Assembly (NCBI RefSeq): GCF_018977255.1
Contig: NW_024704746.1
Location: 29,264,001-29,328,000 of the forward strand
Direction of reading: 5' to 3'
Length of the DNA stretch: 64,000 nt
From: Callorhinchus milii
Taxonomy: Eukaryota
In this document: one piece after another, positions 52,921 through 64,000 of the stretch
Position numbering within the stretch: the first letter of the stretch is position 1
Layout of the letters: every line of letters begins with the position of its first letter
Program-made: the position numbers and the translations under genes
Notes under the pieces: generated by a model
What the model was told of the DNA's origin: nothing
Databases searched by the model: none
What the model saw: only the letters and a program-made list of their open reading frames with translations

Positions 52921-53747
52921 GTTACACGCATTTATATAATGCCTTCCATATAGGGAGGACATCCTAAGGTGCTTGACAGGCCTGGCATGTCACCCGAGCT
53001 GGGGGTGTGAGCCGAGGCTGGGGAGGGGAAAGATGACATGATATATTGATGGACCAGCTTTGCACTAGTTTCATTTTCATCATTTTCACATTAGAGAATT
53101 GAATTTTTGCGGAAAATGTGAACTTTTTTAAGAAATGGTTTATAAATCTGGCATCAATGTGCATCATAGTGTTACTTGGGTATACAAAATGAATCATTAA
53201 ACAATGCAACTATTTAATATTCTACTGAGTAGCTACTTTCAACAATACACACCATTAAGAAGCATTGCAAAAGGAAAACTCCCTTTATATATATTTTTTC
53301 TATTTGGATTTTTTTTTAGCTTTTATGCACTTTACACTAAGATATATCACAGGAATGGAATATAGTTTTCCAATTTTTAGGTCAGGTTAAAGAAATAATC
53401 TCAAAGGGAGCAAAAACTGTAATTAACACTGGTATATAGATGAAAAATTTAAGAAAGATTCCTATGCCATAAAATAAGCTGTTACAGTTAACATTTACTT
53501 TTATGCCTTTTACAATTCTTTCAACAAAAATATCTATATTTGTAAAGTCATTAAGCACACTGAAGATATATATTTGAACTAGATGTTACTTCTGTCGAAA
53601 ATACAGAGGAACCTGAAAGATAGACTAACGTCAATAAAGAAGATGAATTCTACAATATTCATACTGACAAAACCTTTCCTACATTTTGATGAAAACACAA
53701 ATGAATGGAGCTCAAAGCAAAGCATTTGATAAGAATGCTTGTGAACT

Positions 53748-54092
53748 AATAATAATAATGATAATTATTGCATTTGATATAAGGCCTAATCACACAGTTG
53801 AGACATCTCAAAGCGCTTCACAAAACATACTGTAAAGTGAATTGACTGTATCTTTTGTGGGAGAAACGTGGCAGCCAATCGCCCACAGCAGTGTCCCACA
53901 AACAGTAGCGGATTGAGTGGCCAAGTTTTTTTAAAGAAAAGGGATTATTACCCCAGGAAAGCGATCCACCAATCAACTAACAAGCTGGTTCCTGTTTACT
54001 TCTAGGTAAACAGGGGCATGTGGAGTAAAGGAACCAAATCTGGGTCCTCTCACTTGTGAGGCGCTTGCTCTAACCGGAATACTACAGGACTC
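53748..54092 (-). mobile_element. Near full-length SINE, subfamily B
   Basis: Tail through a degenerate head. Confidence 0.9.
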
Positions 54093-54409
54093 TAGCGTAA
54101 ATGCAAGTAACATTTACAATATATCTCACGATTCCATTGCTTCCTCTTAACAAACATACCACCCACTAAACAAAGAAATCTTATGCAATTGTTGCAGCAT
54201 GGAGAGTTATGTTATTGTAAGGTATTTTGACATCACTCCACTATCTTTCCTCCACTCGGAAAAAAATCCATTTGTTTCCTTCCGTGGTTCACACATGAAA
54301 TTTGTCCCCAGGAATGCTGCAAGGAAGTCTCCTGCTTTCAACACTCTCAATTTACACAAATGCAAAGGATCTAAATAAAAGTGGTACATAAACCAATATC
54401 AAAACATCA

Positions 54410-54780
54410 AGTTATTATTGGCCCATCAGATCTCACTGTTCCCATTCTATTATCCTCCCTCCAAATCATCAAGGAGTCTTTATAAATGAGTTCAGTGTCT
54501 TGACTGCAATCACCTTTTCTATCAATCTGCTCCAGTCATTAGTTACCCTAATGATAAATAAAGGCTTCCTGGTGTTTGTCCTTAAATTGTCCTTTAAAAC
54601 TCTAAACCTATAGTCTCTTGTTTTACCATCTTGGTGTATCCTGAACTATTGTTCTGGGTTTAGTTTTTCAATGTCATTTAAAATGTTCTACACTTCTTTG
54701 AAGTTTCCCCTTGAGATTTCTTCTCAAGACTGAAGATCACTAGCTTGTCTAATTGTTGCTCATAGTGTATTCCTCCAACA
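54410..54780 (-). mobile_element. Decayed CR1 3' region
   Basis: TTCTCAAGACTGAAGA... segment and CR1-like C-terminal remnants; similar to the sequence near 34550. Confidence 0.65.
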
Positions 54781-56329
54781 CTCACCCGCAAAACACTCAG
54801 TCAATCCACTTTACAGTATATCCTGAGAAGTGCTTTGAGATGTCTCGACAATGTAATAAAGTGCTGTATCAAATGCAAGGATTAATATTATTATCATTAT
54901 TATAAATAGAAATGTCTGCAAAGAAATGGATCACTGTATCTGTGTCGCTGCTACCTTTTCTCTAAATTCCCTTTTTTTCCAAATTAATTCAATTTTCTAC
55001 TTCTATCGCCATAATTCCTTAATATTTGTACTGAACAGGTGCTTATCTAACTAACTTTTGAACACTTGTGTTAACCCAATCCCAATGGAAACTAGTTGTA
55101 GTCTCTCCTCTATATTTTTCTGTTATAGGGTTGATAATGTAATATTTTTTTAATTTGCTATGATCAATGCACATTGCTCCAGAAGAAATGAATATGTTAC
55201 AGAAGTGCCAATTTGTTTGATGAAATAGGTTTAAAATCTATTAAAGCTTTAACCCACTAAATAACTTGAATTCCATATGGTCAGTAAAGAGAATAAACTG
55301 ATTTAGCATTTAGTTGGGTATTTAAAGGTGAATTAATCCAGAGTTGTTTAGTCTGATAGATTATATTGTCTACTAATCCATCTGCATTCACAATTTTTTT
55401 TTACTGTTTCTGAATCCACAAACAACATCTGTGTCTGTCATCTGAATGGATCCTCTGTACCAATCCAGTGTCTCTCGCACGTTTCTATGATTGTGGGATC
55501 TGGGCATAACATCTGTGTCATCTGAAATTTCTATCAGTTGTCAAATATTTTAGCTATTAAAAGCATTCTCTATTTCAGCCTTTGCTAAAATTAGAAGCGG
55601 TAGAAGCTAACTGTCTCCTTAAATGTCAGGTCTGCACAATTTTACAATCCATGACCTACCTTAAGACATTCTTTTATTTCTGCATCACCACCTCTTAACA
55701 TTGGTAGAAATTGTATTAGTTGTGAAATTGCAATATTTGTGACCCTTTCTGTCATTGAAAGAATGTTTAATAATAAATGCTAATAATGCTTCCATTTGAT
55801 ATTGCATTTTTCAAATCGAGAGAATATCTCAAAGTGCTCCATGGGATTTACTGTAAAGTGACTGTGTAAATTGCGGACAATTTGTACACAGCGAACAGCC
55901 ATGAAGTAAATGATCAAATCTAAGTACAGTAAATCAGTTTCTTCACTTAGCTGATCAGTAATCGAAGAAACTGCCTCAACACTATTCTTCAGTACCGTTA
56001 GAATGGTGGAAAGTACACAAAACTTTCATAATAGGTTATGTTGGAACATTTATTTCATGTCAAACACAAACCTGATACACACAAACAGCAACTAATAGGG
56101 TCACAAGTTGATTGCATTGTGAGGCACACCTGAGCTTTGAGCATAAACATTCTTTGTCATCATTACATTTTTTTAAAAAGACTATTTATAATTTTCTCCC
56201 TTCTCTTCTGAAAACAGCTGAAGTTCCCTTTCTGCTACAAGGATACCAGTTACCACTCAACCAAGATCTCCTAATGAGCATTATTCATGTTCATTATTAT
56301 TATTAATAATACTATTATTATTCACATCA

Positions 56330-56630
56330 TTATTCATGTCCTTCAGATGAGATTTTAAACCAAAGTCCTGCCTGCCTATCCAGATGTATGTTAAAGATCT
56401 CATGGCACTATCCAAAAAGAGAATTAAGTTTGCCTCAGTGTCCTGGCCAACAATCCTCCAAATAAAATTGGTCATTCACTTCAATACTTGTTTGTGGGAC
56501 AATGTTGTGCGCAAATTGGTATTTGTTTGTGTATAAATACCACATTCACTACACTTTACAGTAAATCCTGTGAATCGCTTTCAGATATCCCATAATAAGG
56601 CACAAAATCAAACCCAAGGATGATGATAAT
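56330..56630 (+). mobile_element. Old Deu-domain SINE
   Basis: ATGTTAAAGATCTCATGGCACTAT...GTGTCCTGGCCAACA...TTGTGCGCAAATTGG. Confidence 0.75.
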
Positions 56631-57276
56631 TGCCACATGTGAGCCTTGACAACGCTCTCTCGAAACACCTTAGCTAAGACAAATCCTGTTTTCTCCCAAT
56701 GTCATCATAGACAGATTGTTCCAGCAACATTGCCTGAACAGCAATCTAAACGAAGGAACCACAGGTTTTTTTGACCTTGCTAAGTCAAAGCATTGAGGTT
56801 AATTGCACCACCTCAACTGCCAGCACAGACTGAGAGTGAAACCTGGGACCTCTCTGTTCTGGTATGACTCAGATACTCATTGGATTAGTTTGCTGATTCA
56901 TCAGGTAGTTTTAGTTACAATTTCTTCTGCTCTTTTGTTCTTTCTTTTAAAAAAATGTACTAGGTGGGCAGATATAGATAGCAACCTGGCATCTGGTGGC
57001 TGTCAGAAGTATGATTGTGTTGCAGTCATTACACAAGATTTTTCAATCCAGTTATGTGGGACATTTAGTTCAATCATCCTGATGAAGTGTGCTCTGCAGG
57101 GGATAAAATGGATTGATCTTCTACAGAAGTGGCGAGGACTTAAATGACAGAGGGTAAGGAAAGAAACTGCCATCAAAAGAGACTTGGCAAGGGGAGGCAA
57201 TCAGCTGATGACAGGCAGATGGGCGTTTCAAATTTAATGCTAGTTATCATTTTAAAACATTCTGGTAGCAATTTTA

Positions 57277-57400
57277 TAATAGTCCTTGCATAATGGGAGT
57301 TGGGTCTTGATATGGCGCCTTAGCACGTCTTCGAGACGTCTCAAAGCACTTCACAGAATATACTGTAAAGAGAATTGACTGTATACTTTTGCGAGCAAAA
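57277..57400 (-). mobile_element. SINE 3' fragment carrying a templated insertion
   Basis: Tail interrupted between CCTTGCAT and TTGATAT. Confidence 0.88.
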
Positions 57401-58805
57401 TTTTAGACACTATTCGGATTTGGAGAAAATTATCATCTGGCTACATAAAGGGGAAATTGGGAGAGGGCGACAGGAATGAATGTTATGGAACCTGAACACA
57501 TGTGTGACTGATTTGCACTGAATGCAACTATAGGCATCTTGTGCTGGAGCATTGGGGAAAAGTCATGTTAAAATGCTTTATCTCCCATTCCACGTAGCAA
57601 ATGTAGGATACAAATTCCTGAATAGCCGAGCAAACCTATAAAATGTGTGTCTATCATGGTGGAAGGAAAGGGGGCTTGACAGTGTTCATAATATTTTGCT
57701 GTTTGCCTAAATGTACCATTATAAATGATTCTGTCAACAGAAAATTAAAATTATTCTTTTTTTGTGATTTTTTATAAGGTTTTTCTGCACTAATCTTGTC
57801 AATTTTTTGCCACAGCACTAATAGCACTTACATATCAAGACCCAACTCCCATTATGAACAAGAATATATTATATGATGATTTTTTCCCCCTTCATTTTGC
57901 TTTCCTCAACACATAACTGGTATAATGCAGAAACGCAACTTAGTGCCATCACAGAAAAAAAAACACCCCAGGCCACAGGTCTATTATCAGTTTACAAGTA
58001 TTTAATAATTTACTAAATGAAGGCCATTAAAAACAGACTGCAGTCAGCTATCTGCAATGTAACAAGTCACTGACATCGATGCATTCGATTATCCCCACAA
58101 GAAAATGCAGTAATGAGAATCGCAGAGAATTCTCACCAAAAAGCAGCCTATGCTATCCTTTCTGCAGCTATGAACTGGCCAATAGGGCTTGACTTATCCC
58201 CAATGCCACAACATCCCAGAAGAGTCATACAATCAAATAAATATTATTCAAATACGAATCACAAAAATATTTTTTTTAAATGTATGTGTAATAGATTCAT
58301 GCAGCACATGTAATCAGCTGTACATTGCCATTTTGCGCTGGCAATCCCAAAGCCTGAACTTAGTGTTATTATATCACATTATATTATATTTCAGATTTCA
58401 GTTAATGTATAAAAACAATAATTCATACCTGTGAAATATGCTTATACTGCATGCATATCACCAGCCAACACTAAACAGAATATCATGCACCTATATAAAA
58501 AAATAAACAGAACAAGCTCTGGGATTGTTAAATATGGTGTTGTTTCATTTACACGAAAGAGCATCCAACTCACTCAAGGTATGGGTGTTTGCATCATATC
58601 TGGCTGGCCGTAGTGCACTATGCTTACCATACAATGCATCACTTAATATTATATCTATTTGATTTAACTCAATTTTCCAAGATATAGTCAATAGAAAAAA
58701 AAACATCTGAGTTGGCCTAAAAGTTATTTTGTTTAGAGATCACAAATACACAAAGAAAAATATTTTACGTCGCTTGGGCAGCAACTGCATGACAGTAATT
58801 CCAGT

Positions 58806-59210
58806 CAATATGAGTTAGGAACAGGAGTAGGCCATTCATCCCCTCGAGCCTGTTCCGCCATTCATAGCTGATCTGTACCTCAACACCAATTACCTGCCTT
58901 TGCCCCATATCCCTCGATACCTTTAACTGACAAAAATCTATCCACCTCAGTTTTGAAAAATTGAATGAATTCACCATCACTGCCTTTTGGGGGAGAGAGT
59001 TCCAGATTTCCAGTAACCCTTTGGGTGATAAAATGCTTCCTGATTTTCACTCCTAAATGGCTTAGCTCTAATTTTAAGATTACGTCCTTCTTGTTCTGGA
59101 TTCCCCCACCAGAAGAAATAGTTTCTCTGCAGCTGCCCTATCGAATCCCTTCACTATTTGAAAAACCTCAATCAGAAGCTCTCTTAACCTTTGACATTCA
59201 AGGGAATAGT
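58806..59210 (-). mobile_element. CR1 LINE 3' end
   Basis: YSLECQRLRELLIEVFQIVKGFDR...EKLFLLVGESRTR, and a tail GGAACAGGAGTAGGCCATTCA.CCCCTCGAGCCTG typical of shark CR1. Confidence 0.9.
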
Positions 59211-62200
59211 TTGATGTAGCTTTATACATGAATGATTTTAGTGTGTTCCAACAATAGATCACTAAAATGTTTTATACCTGATACTGATTTCAGAAGTTTG
59301 AAAATAACCAGTCTGGACATATCTGAATCAGAGCTTGGAGATTCATCTTTAATTTGTTATTAAATATAAGGGGAAGATAAAGTGTTTGATACATTGAATA
59401 GAATTCATCGGGCAGGAAAATATGCTTTTAAATAACAAATATTTTTATAAAACAAAAATATAGGCATGTTTATGACAGTAAACAGGCATAACGTATAAAT
59501 AATTAGTTGGAAGACTGAAACGGTGTATGCCAAACGAGTAGGGATGTCACAATGTGATTTCTGATAACAAAATGCTTCAATTTCACTGCGTTGCGATAGT
59601 GCAAGAATCTGAACGGAATCATTCTAATTAATGCTGACATTTCTCAAGAATCATGATTTGTCTACGTTATTAGGAGATTGTCTTTTTTGTCCAGTGTCCA
59701 CAACTACATTCCCCGTGAGCTTATCATAACTTCAAATGTTATTATGCTTACAATTATCCGAGGGGGGGGATAATCAGATATTTACATGAATTTACATATT
59801 GCAATATGTTGTCATAGTATCATGACATCCCTAAAAGGGAAATAAACAAGCCTGTTAACGTGAGCTTTTACAAAACAAAAACTCTATTAAATGACTGTAA
59901 TCATAATAATAATTATAATAATATGGCCATTCAAACGTAAATGTCCTGGACCTGATAGTATACCGGTTGCAGAGCCTCTTTTCACCTTTAAGATCAATAT
60001 ACCAGTTAAGGCAATTTGTGCTGAATTTTAAAGTGCATTTTTTTAATGTTTATTAAAGGTTACTTCTGACAGCACTCGAGAATAAGATTTTTTTCTATTT
60101 CGTGAAGCCAAAGTGTGGTGCTAACCATTGTGGCAGCCACAAATAAAGTGCATTGTCGCAAGATGTAGCATCAACTTCCACCTTAACTTATCCTTAGCTT
60201 AAGAATCTACTGCACCCGCCAAAGCCAATTCTGTGCAGTACCTTTAACTGAAGTGAATCAAACCTAACGTCATTAAAACATGGGTTGTTTTGGTCACATC
60301 CTCATATTTCAAAAGCATCAAGAGTGCAGACTAAAACTACGAGAATATAATTTATGTGTAACGATATTTAAAAATAGACCTCCATCACTTAATTCTGAGC
60401 TGAAATAGAATTGTGCTCTTCAGTGATGTGTTGTGCTCTACATTGTATGCATAATCTGACCTCCCATTTCTTCTCAGTGTTTATTTCTAGATCAAATGCA
60501 CTTATATTCTACCTCAGAAACAAATGATAGAGAGGTCCTCTTTGTGACGATATTGCTTTGATGCATTGTGTTCAGAGCAAACCACTTTAAACTGGGCACA
60601 GCCATTTTACAAACCACTGCACCAAGACAGCCATTCTTGGTGTATTGAATTGTTAATTCCTCCCCCACTACAAGCATTTTAATGGTTGCGTTAAAAAGAG
60701 GCTCTGTCAGTATTCTGTTTACAAACAGCCATCTTGTGTGTGTACATTCAGGCCTTTCTATAACATGTTTGCCTAGCCAGTGCAGGATTAGGAATATCTA
60801 CCAAAACTGTTTTTAATCCGAAATACATGCCTATATTACATTAGATTTCCTCCATATCTCAGATCTTTTAGTTCAGCCGAAATGGTTTATAAATAAACAT
60901 CTTAAGTACTGTATCATCGGTACCCTAACCCATCCACTTGATTTTCAGAACCTTTCTTATCAAAAAGCTGCATGCAGTACGCAGTCACATGCAGCTAAAG
61001 GCTAACTTAAAGCGCATTTCCCCAATAACTAGTAACTCAATTGACAAAATAAACATGACCTGCCAGAAGCTACATAGAATTATCAAAGCAGTCCTGCAGC
61101 ATTGGATCATTTATTGCTGTTTATTGAGTGCAGTATTCAAGTCATTTAACACAGGGGAAAGTTTTCTCCTACCTCAAAGTTTATGTGATGTAGAAGTGTC
61201 AGGACAACCAGGTTATGGGCGATTTACATATTCTACATGAAGAAGTTAATGCCCTGTTGTCAACAGCAATTGCAGTTCATCAAGTCATTCAAAATTCCTT
61301 CATATCACTTTCATTTTTTTTACTCTCAGTTAACTCAGTTTATACGTAATGGTTGTAATTGCATCCTTCGTGAAATCGCTTTCACTTGCATACCTCAAGC
61401 TTGAAGGATATTTCAAATTATTGTTCCGTGCCTTAATTTCCTTCCTTCCAAGATTTAATCAGGTCTTGCTGTTTCTCACTCAGTCTGTATTATCCTGCGA
61501 TTGGGAATCTGTCTCTTGCGAGCGATGCAGATTGAACTGTATACCGTTGTCTGAAGACTTCTCGTGATATCATTACAAAAATTTAGTTCTTGTTGTTTCT
61601 CCAGGTCTTCGAGAAATTGTCATGCAGGTTTCCAAATATTAATACGATAGTCCCTCACTTTGAGATATGATGTTTTTGAGAGCTTCTGGTCTTAACTGTC
61701 ATGATGGAATGAGCTGTGACAATTCTCTCTAGAATGACGCTAAGGAGGACAGTGACTAGCTAAACAAGAGAGGTTGGCAACATAGATATATAGATATATA
61801 TATGTAGAGTATATATATAGCACTGATTTTGACTTGCAGGTGTGGCTCCAGAATAGAAGATAGTAAAGAATATTCAGGAAGAACCTGCATTTAAAAAGTT
61901 GTTTGTGTGCACTTGAAGTTGCCAAAAACAAAAAGATAATTCCTCAGTCTGGAGCCACGCAATAAAACAGTCCTTGCTTTTCCATCAATCTGAACTGAGG
62001 TAGTCTGCCATGAAACTCCTTTCTTCTTAAAATATTTTTGGTATGTTGTAGCTTATGCGGGTAGACACAATGAGATGAAGTTGACATTCTTCTGTGGTAT
62101 TTGAAGTTTTTGAAGATCAGGGTAGGTCTGTGTATTCGCTTTCAGGTTCTGAACACTGACTTTCAGCACCTTGGGATGTCCTCCCAACGTGAAAGGTGCT

Positions 62201-64000
62201 GTATGGATGCAATGTTTTCTGTTGTTGTTTAGTGTGTTGCTTTTGTTTTCAAATCAATACGATGGAGAGGGGGGAAACCATCAAAGATTATTTATCAGGC
62301 ATCTCTTGCTCAATTGTAATGTCCAGTTGCTAAGGTATTTTTGCATTCTTCACTTCCTACATCTCTCACCAGCTGGTTTAAATACTGTCATTTTCAGAAC
62401 TGTGTTGTACAAACATCTGGTCTATATTTTCCACCCTTGTGTTGCCAAGACAACTGTCCATTGGCCCTAGCATCTGAAACATTTGCCAGACTCTTTGGAT
62501 AGAAATTAGATGGTACATTTCATTGTGTTGCAGATTAAGAGGATTTCTCTGGATGCCAGCTCACAACAATTCTTTGTACATGCAGGCACTTCCATCACTC
62601 TGGGCTATTAAGGGTTTAAAAGGCACTAGCAACTATCTCATTTGCTGAGTTTCTGCAATAAAGTATAGGGAAGCTCAAAAACAAATGTTCTTATCTCAAT
62701 CAGGAACTGATTAGGAAACTAACTGCAATTGAAATGCGTCCTTTACACATATTTTACATTTACATTCTGCTAAAATGCACCAAAGTCATGCTTTTTTTTT
62801 TAAAATCACTGAATAATTCTTTTTTTAATTTAGGTAGAACCGTATGTAAGTATATACATTCTCTAACCTGTTTTCCTTTGATTCAGAGATTTATTTCCCC
62901 AGAAGTAATTAGGATATGTTATATCATATTTTGAACAATGTGAGGACATGAACCAACTCATTTCCCTGAAATTCTGCAGGAAAATCATCAGGTCCCTCAA
63001 TGTCCTTCTATATTTATAATTCAACCTTTTTTTCCCCAAAGCTCAAGTCATGCATACGTTATACTGGGTTACATATTACCTATCCCAAATAGGCCATAAT
63101 GCTAAATAGTTAAACATGCTATGATTTTCTAAAATTATCCTACCCCATTACAAGTTAACAATCGGGAACATGAGTGCTTGTAAATAATAAATTACATGAT
63201 AAATAATGACTGCACTTTTGGTGAAAGGAAACAAGTTTCAAGTAAATTGAATTTAAACCCAAACAAATATTTTTTCCTTTTTTTTATATATAAGTAATGT
63301 TCCAGTCATGCCACGACAAAAGTTAATAATGGATAAAAGTGAATAACACCAGGACATGCTACTATTTTTAGGTTGGAGATTTTTTTTTTGCATTATGCTG
63401 TTTTGCAACAAATCGGGGACAGATAATCTTACATCCAGTCTTGGAAGCATACGAATTATTAACAATCTTGCACCATTGCGGCATTGCAGGTGTTTTCCAA
63501 AGATTCATTGTTACATCATAAATTTGAGGCAAAAAAATTCAGTCTCTTGTGTGGGGTTCTTTTTTTGTGTAGATGGAGGTCGGTGATTTGATGCGATCTT
63601 CTGTCGATGCAAAGCCATCAATCACATCATCCTTCAAAACTCGAAAAAATATTCTTCAGTGAGTGAATCGATCGCTGCAGATGCTTGCATGTTCTCACCA
63701 GAACTTAGAAATCGGATGCGTTTGTATAATGGTCCCCTTGTGCATCTTGCAGAATCGTACCTTTTAACACATGCATTGCTGTTGGTAAATGAGCTGAATT
63801 GGGTTGTCTTTTCAAGACAGACGAGCAGCAGAATAAGTCAACAAGGGTTCGAGGAGAATGAATGTAAGTGCTCACGTAAACGTATCTGTAAAGATTTCCT
63901 TTTTTTTGTTTTTTTTTGTTAACCCCAGTTAGGGGGAGAGAGAAAGCCATTTAAAAAATAAATGAAAAATATACCTTTCACGTATTTCTGAAAGCTTATT

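Noticed and set aside
52119-52931. 270-aa ORF as a host gene
   Set aside because: 5'-truncated L2 ORF2 with tail and target duplication; lacks the RT catalytic core.
62162-62180. REST/RE1 site (TTCAGCACC)
   Set aside because: Left half only, and it lies within an L2 tail.

Overview
Vertebrate genomic DNA with an AT-rich background, three assembly gaps between 19.7 and 21.8 kb, and many retroposons. The repeats (tRNA-Ala-headed Deu-type SINEs, L2 and CR1 LINEs) suggest a cartilaginous fish, possibly Callorhinchus milii (inference). There is one protein-coding gene: an intronless, GC-rich Shaker-family K+ channel on the minus strand (17879-~19660), identifiable as KCNA5/Kv1.5. Main finding: the Kv1.5-like N-terminus ([11 protein letters not shown] vs human MEIALVPLENG) lies in a different reading frame from the channel body. 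One extra base in the C8 run at 19546-19553 would join them, so this is either an assembly error or a real frameshift. Other observations: Phe replaces the turret His pH sensor; a 30 x 16-bp minisatellite of p53-like half-sites lies downstream; a perfect CRE and dinucleotide repeats lie upstream. The retroposons show a covarying SINE/L2 3' stem-loop, two L2 insertions at the same SINE position, and two L2 copies with matching 5' ends. There is also a TA-flanked MITE and a 26-bp templated inverted insertion. I see no convincing wholly new biological system. Comparisons to human/rat proteins and repeat families are from memory, and all alignments were done by eye.
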